Assembly (NCBI GenBank): GCA_009782475.1
Contig: WRIZ01000001.1
Coordinates: 42,020-106,019 of the forward strand
Reading direction: 5' to 3'
Source of the DNA: Oscillospiraceae bacterium
GTDB lineage: Bacteria; Bacillota; Clostridia; Oscillospirales; UBA929
DNA: 64,000 nucleotides
Part shown: positions 29,078-36,813 of the stretch, piece after piece
How the letters are laid out: each line of letters opens with the position of its first letter
Numbering within the stretch: the stretch's first letter is position 1
The notes under the pieces: model-generated
The model's database searches: none
Seen by the model: the letters and a program-made list of their open reading frames with translations, nothing else
What the model was told of the DNA's origin: nothing
Made by a program: the position numbers and the translations under genes

Positions 29078-29910
29078 AGCGCATAGGAGTTGTTTCCTTA
29101 GCATTGCTTATCTGTCTTTCATTGCCATTCAGTACGGCGGCACATCCGTCAAGTCAAAGCAGTATCATTCAATGGGGCGAAAACATCGGCTGGGGCATCA
29201 ACGAGAATATGCACTCCAACGGTTCGATATTGCGGTACGCGTTGGATTCTACCGCCGTGCCTCATAGAAGCTCAAGTCAAAGCAGTATCATTCAATGGGG
29301 CGAAAACATCGGCTGGGGCATCAACGAGAATATGCACTCCAACGGTTCGATATTGCGGTACGCGTTGGATTCTACCGCCGTGCCTCATAGAAGCACCATT
29401 TCCAGCGGGGCGGCTTTGTGGGGCGGCACATTGGGCATTGTGGAAAACGCGCCGTTGGCAACAGGAGTGATTTCTGTATATAGCTCAATGTCTGGGATAA
29501 GCGGCGGATTTAATCCCAGTTATGCCGCTACCGATTCCGCTGGGCACTTAACGTACTGGGAGATAAGGATGAACTCCTATTACGGTATGTCGCTGCATAC
29601 CATCGCGCATGAGTTCGGGCATGCCATCGGATTGGTTGATCTTGGCGAAAGCAAAAATCGGGACAAGCTCATGTATGGTTACGATAGCAGAACCGCGACA
29701 ACCGCAACGGCTGCGGACAGGAAAGGAGCGGAAGTAATCCTCGGCATTCATTCCACCCATGCTTGGGGATACAGGTATTCCATGACATTGAGCATAGGGC
29801 TCAAGTGCCACCAACAATACTGCACCGTCTGCGACGGCTTTGTACCGGGACACAGCGTTTGTATATACAACGCGCAGAACATCTGCACCCTTTGCGGAAC
29901 ACCCAAATAA
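29074..29910 (+). CDS. Secreted snapalysin-like metzincin, cassette 2 gene b, with internal 41-aa duplication
   Basis: HEFGHAIGLVD, KLMY, and the same Cys-rich tail as 27451-28167. A perfect 123-bp tandem repeat lies near the N-terminus. Confidence 0.75.
   Translation: MKRIGVVSLALLICLSLPFSTAAHPSSQSSIIQWGENIGWGINENMHSNGSILRYALDSTAVPHRSSSQSSIIQWGENIGWGINENMHSNGSILRYALDSTAVPHRSTISSGAALWGGTLGIVENAPLATGVISVYSSMSGISGGFNPSYAATDSAGHLTYWEIRMNSYYGMSLHTIAHEFGHAIGLVDLGESKNRDKLMYGYDSRTATTATAADRKGAEVILGIHSTHAWGYRYSMTLSIGLKCHQQYCTVCDGFVPGHSVCIYNAQNICTLCGTPK
29149..29394 (+). repeat. Perfect 2 x 123-bp in-frame tandem duplication
   Basis: 29149-29271 equals 29272-29394 as read by eye (SSQSSIIQWGENIGWGINENMHSNGSILRYALDSTAVPHRS twice). 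Confidence 0.85.
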
Positions 29911-29923
29911 CCAGCGAACAGCC

Positions 29924-29949
29924 AAAAACCCGCCGTCAGGCGGGTTTTT
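29924..29949. terminator. Bidirectional terminator between the metzincin gene and cheV
   Basis: CCCGCC-GTCA-GGCGGG flanked by AAAAA and TTTTT. Confidence 0.7.
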
Positions 29950-29961
29950 GGAACATCTTGT

Positions 29962-30906
29962 TTAGAGGATAAACTGATCCAGTGTGGTGACCAAGTTGCC
30001 GATCTCCGGCTTGCTGAGCTGCGCCGAAGCACCCAGCCGGTGGCCTTTATCGCGCATGGCGTCGTCAATGAGGCTGGAGAAGATGATGACCGGGACGTCA
30101 CGGAGGATGCGGTCGTCTTTGATCAGTTTGGTGAGGCGGTGACCATCCATCTTGGGCATTTCTATGTCGGTGATCATAACGGCGATTTTTTCCGCCAAGT
30201 GCTCGCCCGACGCCATAATATCGTCGCGGATCATTTCCAAGTGGTTCCAGGCTTCCTCCCCGTTGTTATACGCCTTGATATTGGTATAGCCCGCCGTTGT
30301 CAGGGCTTCGAGAAGCATTTTTTTCAAAAGGGGGGAATCTTCCGCCAAACAAACCGGTTTTGCGCTGCGTTCCCGGTGCCCCAGTTCGGTGATCTCGGAC
30401 ATTTGGATGCCCACCTGCGGGCTGATGTCGACGACGATCTTTTCAAAGTCGACGATGGTGATCAGTTTGTTCCCGGCAACCTTGGCAATGCCTGTGGCAA
30501 GGCCTTCTTCGCCGCCGTAAATCGTGCTGTCGGGTTTTTCGATGTCATTCCAGCTGATGCGGTGGATTTCCGCCACCGCGTGCACATGGAAGGCGACATT
30601 CATTTTATTGAAGCTGGTGATGATGAACATATCGCGCGAATTGTCTTCCGCGGCGGGCAGCCCCATATAATGCGCCAAATCGATCACGGTGAGGATGACG
30701 TCGCGCGGCATGAAAACCCCTTCGACGCTGGGATGTGAATTGGGCATGGGCTTCACGGTTTGATACTGCATGATCTCAGTGACTTTTGCCACGTTGATGC
30801 CGAACGAGCCTCCGGCGATGGTGAACTCCATGATCTCAAGCTCGTTTGTTCCGCTTTCCAGCAAAATCTCGGTATGCAGGGGATCGCGCTTCTTTGCGAT
30901 TGCCAT
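29962..30906 (-). CDS. cheV: Chemotaxis protein CheV (CheW-like domain + receiver domain)
   Basis: N-terminal CheW-like domain (ELEIMEFTIAGGSFGINVAKV) and a C-terminal REC (MITDIEMPKMDG). Confidence 0.88.
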   Translation of the reverse strand: MAIAKKRDPLHTEILLESGTNELEIMEFTIAGGSFGINVAKVTEIMQYQTVKPMPNSHPSVEGVFMPRDVILTVIDLAHYMGLPAAEDNSRDMFIITSFNKMNVAFHVHAVAEIHRISWNDIEKPDSTIYGGEEGLATGIAKVAGNKLITIVDFEKIVVDISPQVGIQMSEITELGHRERSAKPVCLAEDSPLLKKMLLEALTTAGYTNIKAYNNGEEAWNHLEMIRDDIMASGEHLAEKIAVMITDIEMPKMDGHRLTKLIKDDRILRDVPVIIFSSLIDDAMRDKGHRLGASAQLSKPEIGNLVTTLDQFIL

Positions 30907-31011
30907 TTGTGCTCCCTCCCGATCATATCAGGCTTATTCTATACTATCATAGCACATCTTCAAAACTTTGTACAGTGGTTCCCGCTCATTTTTATAAAAT
31001 TGTCTCCTCCC

Positions 31012-31040
31012 TTGCCAAACAGGCTATCTTGTGTTATGAT
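31012..31040 (+). promoter_or_regulatory. purH promoter
   Basis: TTGCCA (31012-31017), 17 nt, TATGAT (31035-31040) with an upstream TGn. Confidence 0.5.
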
Positions 31041-31073
31041 AATGGGGATCGTACAAGAGAGGGGGCGGGAGCC

Positions 31074-32612
31074 TTGAAGAAGCGCGCGCTTTTCAGCGTA
31101 TCCGACAAAACGGGGGTGTGCGGGTTCGCGCGCCGCGCCGCCGAATTGGGATATGAGATCGTTTCGACCGGCGGGACGCAGAAGGCGTTGGCCGAAGCGG
31201 GCATCCCCGTCATCAACGTCTCGGAAGTCACGGGGTTTCCCGAATGTTTGGACGGACGGCTGAAAACCCTGCACCCGTCTATTCACGGCGGCATCCTTGC
31301 CCAGCGTTTCAACCGCGACCATATGGCGCAGCTTGAAATCCACAACATCGGCCTGATCGATATTGTTGTCATCAACCTCTACCCCTTTAAGCAAACCATC
31401 CTGCGCGAAGGGGTTCTTTTGGAGGAAGCCATCGAAAACATTGACATCGGCGGGCCGACCCTGATCCGCGCGGCGGCCAAAAACTGGCCCGACGTGGTGG
31501 TGGCGGTCGATCCGTCCGATTACGAGGGTATCTTGAATCAGCTCGAAAACGGCGGCGTCCCGAGGGAGCGGCGGTTTGAGCTGGCTTGCAAGGTTTTTGA
31601 GCATACGGCGCATTACGACGCCTTGATTGCCGACTATCTTCACCGCCAGGCGGGAGCGGGCTTTCCGCAAACGCTCACCGTTACATACGAGAAGGCGCAG
31701 GAGCTGCGTTACGGCGAAAACCCGCACCAGCCCGCGGCGTTCTACCGCGAGATCGGCGGCTTGCAGGGTTCGGTCGCCAAAGCCGAGCAGCTGCACGGCA
31801 AAGAACTGTCTTTTTGCAACATCAACGACGCGGCGGCGGCGGTCGCCGTTGTCAAAGAGTTTGAACAGCCCTGCGCGGTTGCCGTCAAGCACGCCACTCC
31901 CTGCGGCGTCGGGGTGGGCGGCAGTTTGCCGGAAGCCTATACAAAAGCGTATGACGCTGACCCTGTTTCCATCTACGGCGGCATTGTGGCACTCAACCGT
32001 GTTTGTGACGCCGCCGCGGCGGACGAAATGGCGAAAACCCATCTAGACATCATCATCGCTCCGGGATATACCGACGAAGCCTTGGAAACCCTGACGAAAA
32101 AGAAGAATGTCCGTATCCTTCTGTTGGAAGATATTTGCGAACCCATACCGGAGAACGCCCTTGACTTTAAGAAGGTGCAGGGCGGTTTGCTGGTTCAGGG
32201 CGTTGACCGCGCGCCGTTCGACCCGGAGTCGCTCAAAATTGTGACCAAACGCGCGCCGTCGCCGGGCGAACTGGACGCCATGAATTTCGCGTGGCGTGTC
32301 TGCAAACATGTCAAATCCAACGCCATCGTCTTAGCACAAGGCGGCATGACGACCGGCATCGGCCCGGGGCAGGTCAACCGCGTCACCGCCGCCGATATTG
32401 CCATCCGCTATGCGGGTGACCGGGCAAAGGGCAGCGTTATGGCGTCCGACGCCTATTTCCCCTTTCCCGACTGCGTTGAAGCCGCCGGGGCGGCGGGCGT
32501 GACCGCCATCATCCAACCGGGCGGTTCCATCCGCGATCAGGAATCCATCGACAAAGCCGACGAATTGAACATCGCTATGGTCTTTACCGGCGAAAGACAT
32601 TTCAAACACTAA
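31074..32612 (+). CDS. purH: Bifunctional AICAR transformylase / IMP cyclohydrolase
   Basis: [15 protein letters not shown]-like start and C-terminal GGSIRD...[12 protein letters not shown] start chosen after GAGGGGG. The ORF-track N-terminal extension (from 30846) looks non-coding. Confidence 0.92.
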   Translation: MKKRALFSVSDKTGVCGFARRAAELGYEIVSTGGTQKALAEAGIPVINVSEVTGFPECLDGRLKTLHPSIHGGILAQRFNRDHMAQLEIHNIGLIDIVVINLYPFKQTILREGVLLEEAIENIDIGGPTLIRAAAKNWPDVVVAVDPSDYEGILNQLENGGVPRERRFELACKVFEHTAHYDALIADYLHRQAGAGFPQTLTVTYEKAQELRYGENPHQPAAFYREIGGLQGSVAKAEQLHGKELSFCNINDAAAAVAVVKEFEQPCAVAVKHATPCGVGVGGSLPEAYTKAYDADPVSIYGGIVALNRVCDAAAADEMAKTHLDIIIAPGYTDEALETLTKKKNVRILLLEDICEPIPENALDFKKVQGGLLVQGVDRAPFDPESLKIVTKRAPSPGELDAMNFAWRVCKHVKSNAIVLAQGGMTTGIGPGQVNRVTAADIAIRYAGDRAKGSVMASDAYFPFPDCVEAAGAAGVTAIIQPGGSIRDQESIDKADELNIAMVFTGERHFKH

Positions 32613-32686
32613 TGAAAGAAGAGCGTGATAAGACGCATTTCATTTGCGGCTTACGCGCTTGACAATCCATGAAGGAGGTCTGTATC

Positions 32687-33439
32687 ATGAAAAAAATCTA
32701 TATCCCGATGATCCGTTACGGCGATAAGGAGTTTGACGAGGGGTTTGTCGGCTGGGGGTTTCAGAGCACCGAGGATCAGATCCGCGACGCGCAGGCCATC
32801 CTCAATATCATTTCGCTTGATAACCTGAAGATCCTCGACATCGCTTGCGGTTTGGGCAATTATCATAAAATATGGACTGGCGCCGGGCATACCGTCGTAG
32901 GCACCGACCTCTCCGAAACCTTTATCATGATGGCGCAAAACACCCATCCCGAGGTGACCTACCGCGTTGAAAACTTCTACGACCTCGCCGAGGAGAACGA
33001 ATACGACCTTGTAACCATGATCGATACGCCGGTGGAGGATGAGGACGTTCCGCGCAACGCCTACCGCGCCCTCAAACCGGGCGGGAGTTTCGTCTTTCAG
33101 ATTTCCAACCCGAATTACCTGCATCTGCGCGGTCAGAAGCTGGAAAACTACCGCAGCTGGCAGGAGAACGAAGACCGCACCTTCTTGCTCACAAGGCATG
33201 AATACAACGAAAACATCGACCGCTGGGAATACGAGGAATGGCACCTGAACGTTGAAACAGGCGAGATCGTCATCGAGCACAATTTCTCCACCCACCTCTC
33301 CTTTTCCCGTTTGGTTGACATCCTGCGCGCCGTGGGTTTCTGCTCGGTTTCCTTCATCGACGCCAACGGCAGACCGTACGGTACAAGCAAAGAAGAGCCG
33401 ATGAACTTCTTCTGTATCGCGCATAAGGGAACGAAGTAA
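32687..33439 (+). CDS. Class I SAM-dependent methyltransferase
   Basis: Motif I ILDIACGLGNY and LKPGGSFVF. Start at the ATG 7 nt after GAAGGAGG. Confidence 0.8.
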   Translation: MKKIYIPMIRYGDKEFDEGFVGWGFQSTEDQIRDAQAILNIISLDNLKILDIACGLGNYHKIWTGAGHTVVGTDLSETFIMMAQNTHPEVTYRVENFYDLAEENEYDLVTMIDTPVEDEDVPRNAYRALKPGGSFVFQISNPNYLHLRGQKLENYRSWQENEDRTFLLTRHEYNENIDRWEYEEWHLNVETGEIVIEHNFSTHLSFSRLVDILRAVGFCSVSFIDANGRPYGTSKEEPMNFFCIAHKGTK

Positions 33440-33454
33440 AAATCGTATCATCAA

Positions 33455-33478
33455 CAAGAGCCGCTTTCGCGGCTCTTG
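33455..33478 (+). terminator. Intrinsic terminator
   Basis: CAAGAGCCGC-TTTC-GCGGCTCTTG followed by ACTTTTG. Confidence 0.65.
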
Positions 33479-33482
33479 ACTT

Positions 33483-33524
33483 TTGCGAAGAATTATGATA
33501 GTATACTGATAGAAATATTCGCAA
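33483..33524 (+). promoter_or_regulatory. Promoter/operator of the Phd-ParE operon
   Basis: Inverted repeat TTGCGAA (33483-33489) / TTCGCAA (33518-33524) brackets a TATACT -10 box (33502-33507) and a TGATAG direct repeat. Confidence 0.45.
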
Positions 33525-33538
33525 AGGAGTGACCCTTT

Positions 33539-33829
33539 ATGATCATCAAATCATCAACCAGCTTGCGCAACAATTACGGAGCCATTTCCCGCCTTGCTCA
33601 TGAAAAACAAGAACCGATCTATCTCACCAAAAACGGCGAGGGCGATTTGGTTGTAATGAGCATCGACGCGTTTGAAAGGAGGGAGGAAACCCACCGTTTG
33701 CGATCAAAATTGGAAGCGGTGGAGGCGGCGTATTTAGCTGGGGCTCCGACATACACGCATGAGCAAGTCTTTGAGGAAGTGGAGGAGATTTTCCGTGCCG
33801 CAGAAAAAAATCAATTTGGTTTATCATGA
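33539..33829 (+). CDS. Type II antitoxin, Phd/YefM family
   Basis: SLRNNYGAISRLAHEKQEPIYLTKNGEGDLVVMSIDAFE is the canonical Phd/YefM N-terminal domain. Confidence 0.85.
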   Translation: MIIKSSTSLRNNYGAISRLAHEKQEPIYLTKNGEGDLVVMSIDAFERREETHRLRSKLEAVEAAYLAGAPTYTHEQVFEEVEEIFRAAEKNQFGLS

Positions 33830-34121
33830 GACTGCGCGAGACGACATCCGTGGGATCGCTCAAATATACACCAATTTAGTCGGCTCAAAGTCGGCGCGAA
33901 AAATCGTTTCACTTATAAAGAAAACATTGGAACTGCTTCGCAATCAGCCTCTCATGGGGTTTTCCTGTAAAGACGATCAACTCGCAAAGGCGGGGTACAG
34001 GACGCTTATTGTCGGTAACTACCTATGCTTTTACCGTTTACAAAACGACACAATATTCATCTATCACATCGTGGACGGAAGGACGGATTATCCCCTCCAC
34101 CTGACCGATTTACCGTCGTAG
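33795..34121 (+). CDS. Type II toxin, RelE/ParE family
   Basis: GTG start 8 nt after GGAGGAG, overlapping the antitoxin end. Motifs: INLVYHETARDDIRGIAQIY and FYRLQNDTIFIYHIVDGRTDY. Confidence 0.8.
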   Translation: MPQKKINLVYHETARDDIRGIAQIYTNLVGSKSARKIVSLIKKTLELLRNQPLMGFSCKDDQLAKAGYRTLIVGNYLCFYRLQNDTIFIYHIVDGRTDYPLHLTDLPS

Positions 34122-34123
34122 CC

Positions 34124-35314
34124 TTACCGCTTAGACCCCAATATCCTATACAGCGTGGACAGGCTGACACCCATCTCTTCGGCAGCCTTGCGTTTCCCCT
34201 CAACGGTGTTGCCGTATATGTTCAGCATGGCTCTGGCGTGGTCGCGCCCGTAGGCGGCGCGCATTTTGCGCAGAGACCCCGCCGCCGTTCCGCTTCCGGT
34301 CTGCTGGATCGATCCCAAATAAGACGGCAGGATGATCCCCCCGGGGCAGGCGTCAACGGCCGCTTCCACAACCTCCCGCAGCTCGTCAATGTTGCGCGTC
34401 CAATCCTGACGGCTTACTATATCCCGCGCTTCCTCCGAAAACCCCTGAACATCCTTGCCTGTGGAGTTTGAACGCGCCGAAGCGAAACGCAGGGCGGCCG
34501 GGACAATATCCTCCCGCCGGTCGCGCAGCGGGGGCAGGAAGACCGGCATGATGTTCATTCTGGAATATAAATCCTCGGGGAACTCCCCGCGTTTGGCTTT
34601 TTCCGCCAGCCCCGGCTCGGCCGTCGCCATCAGGCGGGCTGTCAGCGGTTTGACGTCCAACCCGCGCACGACATGGCGCGAGGCGTAAAGGTTGGTCGCT
34701 TCCCGCACAAGGGCTGTCCCCCATGTGTCGATCCGCTCGCAGAACAATGTCCCGCTGCCCGCTTCCAGCGCGGCGTCACGCAGATTCTCAGGCGTCGCGC
34801 CCGCTTTGACCTTGACAAAGGGGCGGTCTTGCTGCCGGTTGGCGATGCGGTGCAGGGCTAAGGCAAAATCGGTTTTGCCCAATCCCGGTTCGCCGATGAT
34901 CAGCGCGGGCGTTTTGAGCATGGCCAGCCGCTGAATGCGTTCCCACACCGACACCATCGCTTCGCTGACGGTGGGCAGGGCGTCGGCTGTCAATTCCTCG
35001 GTCGCCGGGTCAGGGCGGAAGAGGAGGAGGGCTCCGACCAAGCTGTCGTCCGTTTTGACCGGATAGGCTTCCATCAATCCCGTGACAGACCCGCCCGCTC
35101 CCCGCAGTTCGGTGCGGAACGCCGATTGGCCGATCCCTTCCAACGCCGTCTTCACTTCGTCTAATTGCGCGAGGTCAACCCCTTCGAGCGGCACCGGGCA
35201 GGGGCGGTCGTTGATATAGACCGTTTGCCCGTCACGGTTGAGAAGTGCTGTCGGGCAGGGAAGAGCATCCAGTATCCCGAGCAGCAAATCCTGTTCGGCT
35301 TGCTTGTAATCCAT
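34124..35314 (-). CDS. Degenerate sigma-54-activator-like AAA+ transcriptional regulator with C-terminal Fis-type HTH
   Basis: Walker A GEPGLGKT and C-terminal AEEMGVSLSTLYRIL. The GAFTGA loop segment is absent and Walker B reads LFCERI instead of LFLDEI. Confidence 0.7.
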   Translation of the reverse strand: MDYKQAEQDLLLGILDALPCPTALLNRDGQTVYINDRPCPVPLEGVDLAQLDEVKTALEGIGQSAFRTELRGAGGSVTGLMEAYPVKTDDSLVGALLLFRPDPATEELTADALPTVSEAMVSVWERIQRLAMLKTPALIIGEPGLGKTDFALALHRIANRQQDRPFVKVKAGATPENLRDAALEAGSGTLFCERIDTWGTALVREATNLYASRHVVRGLDVKPLTARLMATAEPGLAEKAKRGEFPEDLYSRMNIMPVFLPPLRDRREDIVPAALRFASARSNSTGKDVQGFSEEARDIVSRQDWTRNIDELREVVEAAVDACPGGIILPSYLGSIQQTGSGTAAGSLRKMRAAYGRDHARAMLNIYGNTVEGKRKAAEEMGVSLSTLYRILGSKR

Positions 35315-35354
35315 CGTACATACCCCCACCAATCATGATTCAGGATGTTTCACT

Positions 35355-36194
35355 ATGAAAAAAAAGCTGTCCGCTTTGTTTCTCGCTCTTTGTTTCCCGT
35401 TCCTCTATCTATTGGTTCGCACCGTCGTTCCGGCGGCGGCGTACGCCGCCGCGCTCGCCCGGGCAAGGGAACGCTCCCCCGGGCTGGAAGAGGAATGGCT
35501 GCGCAATCAGGCGACCCTTTCGGTACGCGCCGCCGCGCCGTGGCTTCTGATCGGTTCGGCTCTGCTGACGCTGCTGATCGTTTTTCTCGTTTTCCGGCTC
35601 TTCAAAACACCGCTGAAACGCATCTTCGGAGAGGGGCGTTTACGCCCGATCACATCGTTTACCCTGCTGGAACTGGGATTGGGACTCAACATCGCCTTAG
35701 GGTCGATGATCGTCTTGCTGCCACTGCCGGAGACTTGGCACAGTGAACATACCGATAAAGTAGGCGACCCATTGGCGGCGGCGGGATGGTTCGCGCTCTT
35801 TTTCTGCACCGTTATCGCCGCGCCTCTTGTGGAGGAAGTGATCTTCCGGGGGCTTTGCCTGCGTTTTCTGCGGCAGGGCTTTTCGGAGCCAATGGCCGTG
35901 CTGTGGCAGGCTGTTTTATTCGCCGCGTTCCACGGGACTAAATTGCAGATGGTTTATGTGCTGCCCGCGGCGATCATATTGGGACTTGTTTATCTTTGGT
36001 GCAGAACCCTTTGGGCTCCGCTCATCCTGCATATGGCATTCAATGCCGCAAGCCTGCTCCCCATCCCGGCGTCCGGCTCGGTTTACGGGAAACTGGCCTG
36101 GCTGACGGCTGGAGCGGCCATCACTTTTTTGGGGCTTCGGGGTGTTTATCTCAGAAGGGCGGCTTCTATAGCCCCGGGCGGGAACCCGGCTTGA
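35355..36194 (+). CDS. CPBP family intramembrane glutamic endopeptidase (CAAX/Abi)
   Basis: EEVIFRG motif 1, FAAFH motif 2, HMAFN motif 3, and multiple TM segments. Confidence 0.85.
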   Translation: MKKKLSALFLALCFPFLYLLVRTVVPAAAYAAALARARERSPGLEEEWLRNQATLSVRAAAPWLLIGSALLTLLIVFLVFRLFKTPLKRIFGEGRLRPITSFTLLELGLGLNIALGSMIVLLPLPETWHSEHTDKVGDPLAAAGWFALFFCTVIAAPLVEEVIFRGLCLRFLRQGFSEPMAVLWQAVLFAAFHGTKLQMVYVLPAAIILGLVYLWCRTLWAPLILHMAFNAASLLPIPASGSVYGKLAWLTAGAAITFLGLRGVYLRRAASIAPGGNPA

Positions 36195-36738
36195 CACAGG
36201 GAATTGTCCCCTCCGCGCAGAGAGGGCATTCTTCCGGTGTCCAAGAAGGGATGGCAATTTGAAGCAGCGATTCAAACGGCACGTCAAAGGGATTGCCCCC
36301 CCCGGTGCGGTCGACGACCGAACCGACGCCGGCAACGTCCGCGCCGTGTTCACGGCAGACGGCGATCGTTTCCTTCACACTGCCGCCGGTCGTTACGGTA
36401 TCCTCCACCACGAGGACGCGCTCGCCCGGTTTCAGCCCGAAGCCGCGCCGCAGTGTCATCACGCCGTTTTCGCGCTCGGTGAACAGGTTGCGGCAGCCTA
36501 AATGGCGGGAAACCTCATACGACATGATGACGGCTCCGACAGCGGGGCCGATCACCGCGTCTATGTTGGAAAAGCGTGAAGCCAGCTCCTTGCAGAGGGT
36601 TTCCGAGAACCCGGCGTGCTGGAACACTTTCCCGCACTGCATGTAAACGGCGGCATGACGCCCCGAGGTGAGCCGGAAATGCCCTTCCAGCCTTGCCCCG
36701 GCTTGGTCAAGGATGCCCAATGCTTCTTTTTGATTCAT
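36166..36738 (-). CDS. pyrE: Orotate phosphoribosyltransferase
   Basis: VLVVEDTVTTGGS PRPP-binding motif; 190 aa. Confidence 0.9.
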   Translation of the reverse strand: MNQKEALGILDQAGARLEGHFRLTSGRHAAVYMQCGKVFQHAGFSETLCKELASRFSNIDAVIGPAVGAVIMSYEVSRHLGCRNLFTERENGVMTLRRGFGLKPGERVLVVEDTVTTGGSVKETIAVCREHGADVAGVGSVVDRTGGGNPFDVPFESLLQIAIPSWTPEECPLCAEGTIPCVKPGSRPGL

Positions 36739-36754
36739 GGTACCCCTCCACTTA

Positions 36755-36784
36755 TTGACATACCTATTACGGATACTATATAAT
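36755..36784 (+). promoter_or_regulatory. purL promoter
   Basis: TTGACA (36755-36760) followed by TATATAAT 16-18 nt downstream. Confidence 0.55.
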
Positions 36785-36813
36785 AAATCAATCTAAAGTA
36801 CAAGGGGGTACCT

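Noticed and set aside
30907-31073. Possible ZTP (pfl) or purine riboswitches upstream of purH, purC (22434-22580), purL (36739-36813) and purE (55872-55902).
   Set aside because: The leaders between the predicted -10 boxes and the start codons are only ~10-35 nt. I could not find the conserved riboswitch cores (for example the ZTP CCGCCUGGGC or the purine-aptamer loops).
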